Assembly (NCBI RefSeq): GCF_008831285.2
Contig: NC_045138.2
Coordinates: 13,764,001-13,828,000, forward strand
Direction: 5' to 3'
Length of the DNA stretch: 64,000 bases
From: Nymphaea colorata
Lineage: Eukaryota
Shown piece by piece: positions 62,563-64,000 of the stretch; within the stretch, counting starts at the first letter, position 1; each line of letters begins with the position of its first letter. The notes under the pieces were generated by a model, which saw only the letters and a program-made list of their open reading frames with translations, did not search any database and was not told the DNA's origin. A program made the translations under genes and the position numbers.

Positions 62563-64000
62563 ATTGCCATATGGGGACCTCAAAATACTTTTAGTGCTAT
62601 CCTCTTGTTCTGAAGGTAGAGAGGACTATACGTGTGTAGCTCATGATATGAGCATCTGAATGCTTCTGTATTCGCTTTATTTTGCAATATGAGTAAACTT
62701 TTTACCTTTGATTTGTTCTACAAACCTGTCTAATCTGGGCATACTCTTGAGTGAGATGCGCTGGGGTTAGTTCTTTGAGTTAGCAAGAGTATTTGCTTGG
62801 ACGAACCTCCCCCTTCAAAAACCGTGCCAAATAGGGCCTTGAGATCTGCCCTTCTGAAATATTTACTTCCCCTGCTTCGTTCTCAGACGTAGCGGAAAAG
62901 TTTTATGTTAGCCAAATCTTGCTGATCTCGGAATTCCATTGGCGGGTAGGTGAGTGTGGATGTCAACCCATGTTGAATCTTCATGCGGGAAACAAGTTGA
63001 AGCAGTGTACGAATAAGAAAAATGACTCAAATTCAATGATAGAGGAAATAAAACAGTTTCTTAGAAACAAGCAGAAATGGCACTTGACATGTAAACAGAA
63101 ACGTGGCTAGTGATTAAGTTAATTGATGAACCAAAAGATATATATGTGTGTGTGTGTGTGTGTGTTAATAATTCTTGTATTGAAGAGATTGTTACGTGAC
63201 AGAAGAAAAAGATGAAATTATCTTTCTTTTTGGTGAATTCTGTTCGCAAGCAGACCCACATAAAAAATTTTCGTCTTCTTTCTCTCACTTTTACGGTGCT
63301 GCTTAAGGTTATCCCGGACAAAAGTTGTACACGTAAAGTCTGAGCAAAACTTTAGTAAATATTTCATTAGGTAAATTTGGGTTCCACCAAATGTGTCATT
63401 AAGAGGCATTTGAAGTCTTAGAATTTGATTGTGCTACCAAAATTCCAGAATAAAATTTCCATTTCAACTTGGAATTGGAATCAAAATTCTAATTCCAATT
63501 TTCCTTTGAATTTGGTAGCTAGTATGGAATTTTGATTCTAAAATAAAAAATAACTCGTTTGATGAAACACAAATGCTCATAATAGTTAAAAGGTTGATTT
63601 CTTGCTATAACAGCAAGAAGAAAGACACCTTTCGCTTTGGAATAAGAAATTAATGAAGAATCATGAATCATATATAAGGGAGTTGTGTTGATCGGTCAAC
63701 ACAAGTCAGAAATGGCGAAGCAGCTACGGGTTGATGAATCACGGCACACAGGCGCAGTAATTACAGAGCCGAGAAAGTAAGAAATAAAGAAAGACACGTA
63801 ATTGCAGCAGGGGTGGAGGGAAGAGGGGGGCCCCCTCACCCAACAAAAAGATTTGAAAAAGCAAATGTTGCCTTCTAAAATGGTCAAAAGTTCTAAATTG
63901 GCTTGCATAATGATTTCGAAAAATATAGTTATGTATTTTGAAAATTATTTGGAAACTTTATATAGTCATTTTGTTTGTGAAGACTGAAGACTGGTCTCCT

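Larger units (their letters stand above)
52720..62762 (+). repeat. Segmental duplication copy 2 (FAR-D plus upstream spacer)
   Basis: See copy 1. Interrupted by copy-specific insertions at about 53600-55560 and 56420-57540. Confidence 0.88.

Overview
Eukaryotic, angiosperm-type genomic DNA: AT-rich spacers, GT-AG introns, many (AT)n/(AG)n microsatellites and MITE debris. The species cannot be determined from the sequence. Genes: an intronless CYP94C1-like cytochrome P450 (minus, 4519-6075), a candidate 72-aa single-exon microprotein (15109-15327), a two-exon 97-aa conserved hypothetical membrane protein (minus, 17164-19726), and four apparently intact 10-exon fatty acyl-CoA reductase (FAR) genes. 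FAR-A is on the minus strand, head-to-head with three tandem plus-strand paralogs (FAR-B, -C, -D). I traced all 40 FAR exons by hand and the phases are consistent. Two FAR relics not evident in the ORF track lie at ~31.9-32.3 kb (FAR-A-like, inverted) and ~50.2-50.4 kb (FAR-B-like exon 2). Main points of interest: (1) a FAR array undergoing birth and death, whose B/C/D clade carries shared substitutions at usually conserved motifs, next to a fatty-acyl omega-oxidase-family P450, which may form a lipid-modifying cluster; (2) a short copy of the P450's own I-helix coding sequence in its upstream region; (3) a microprotein with an LxxIxE motif; (4) paralog-specific promoter changes. All alignments were made by eye and no database searches were run.
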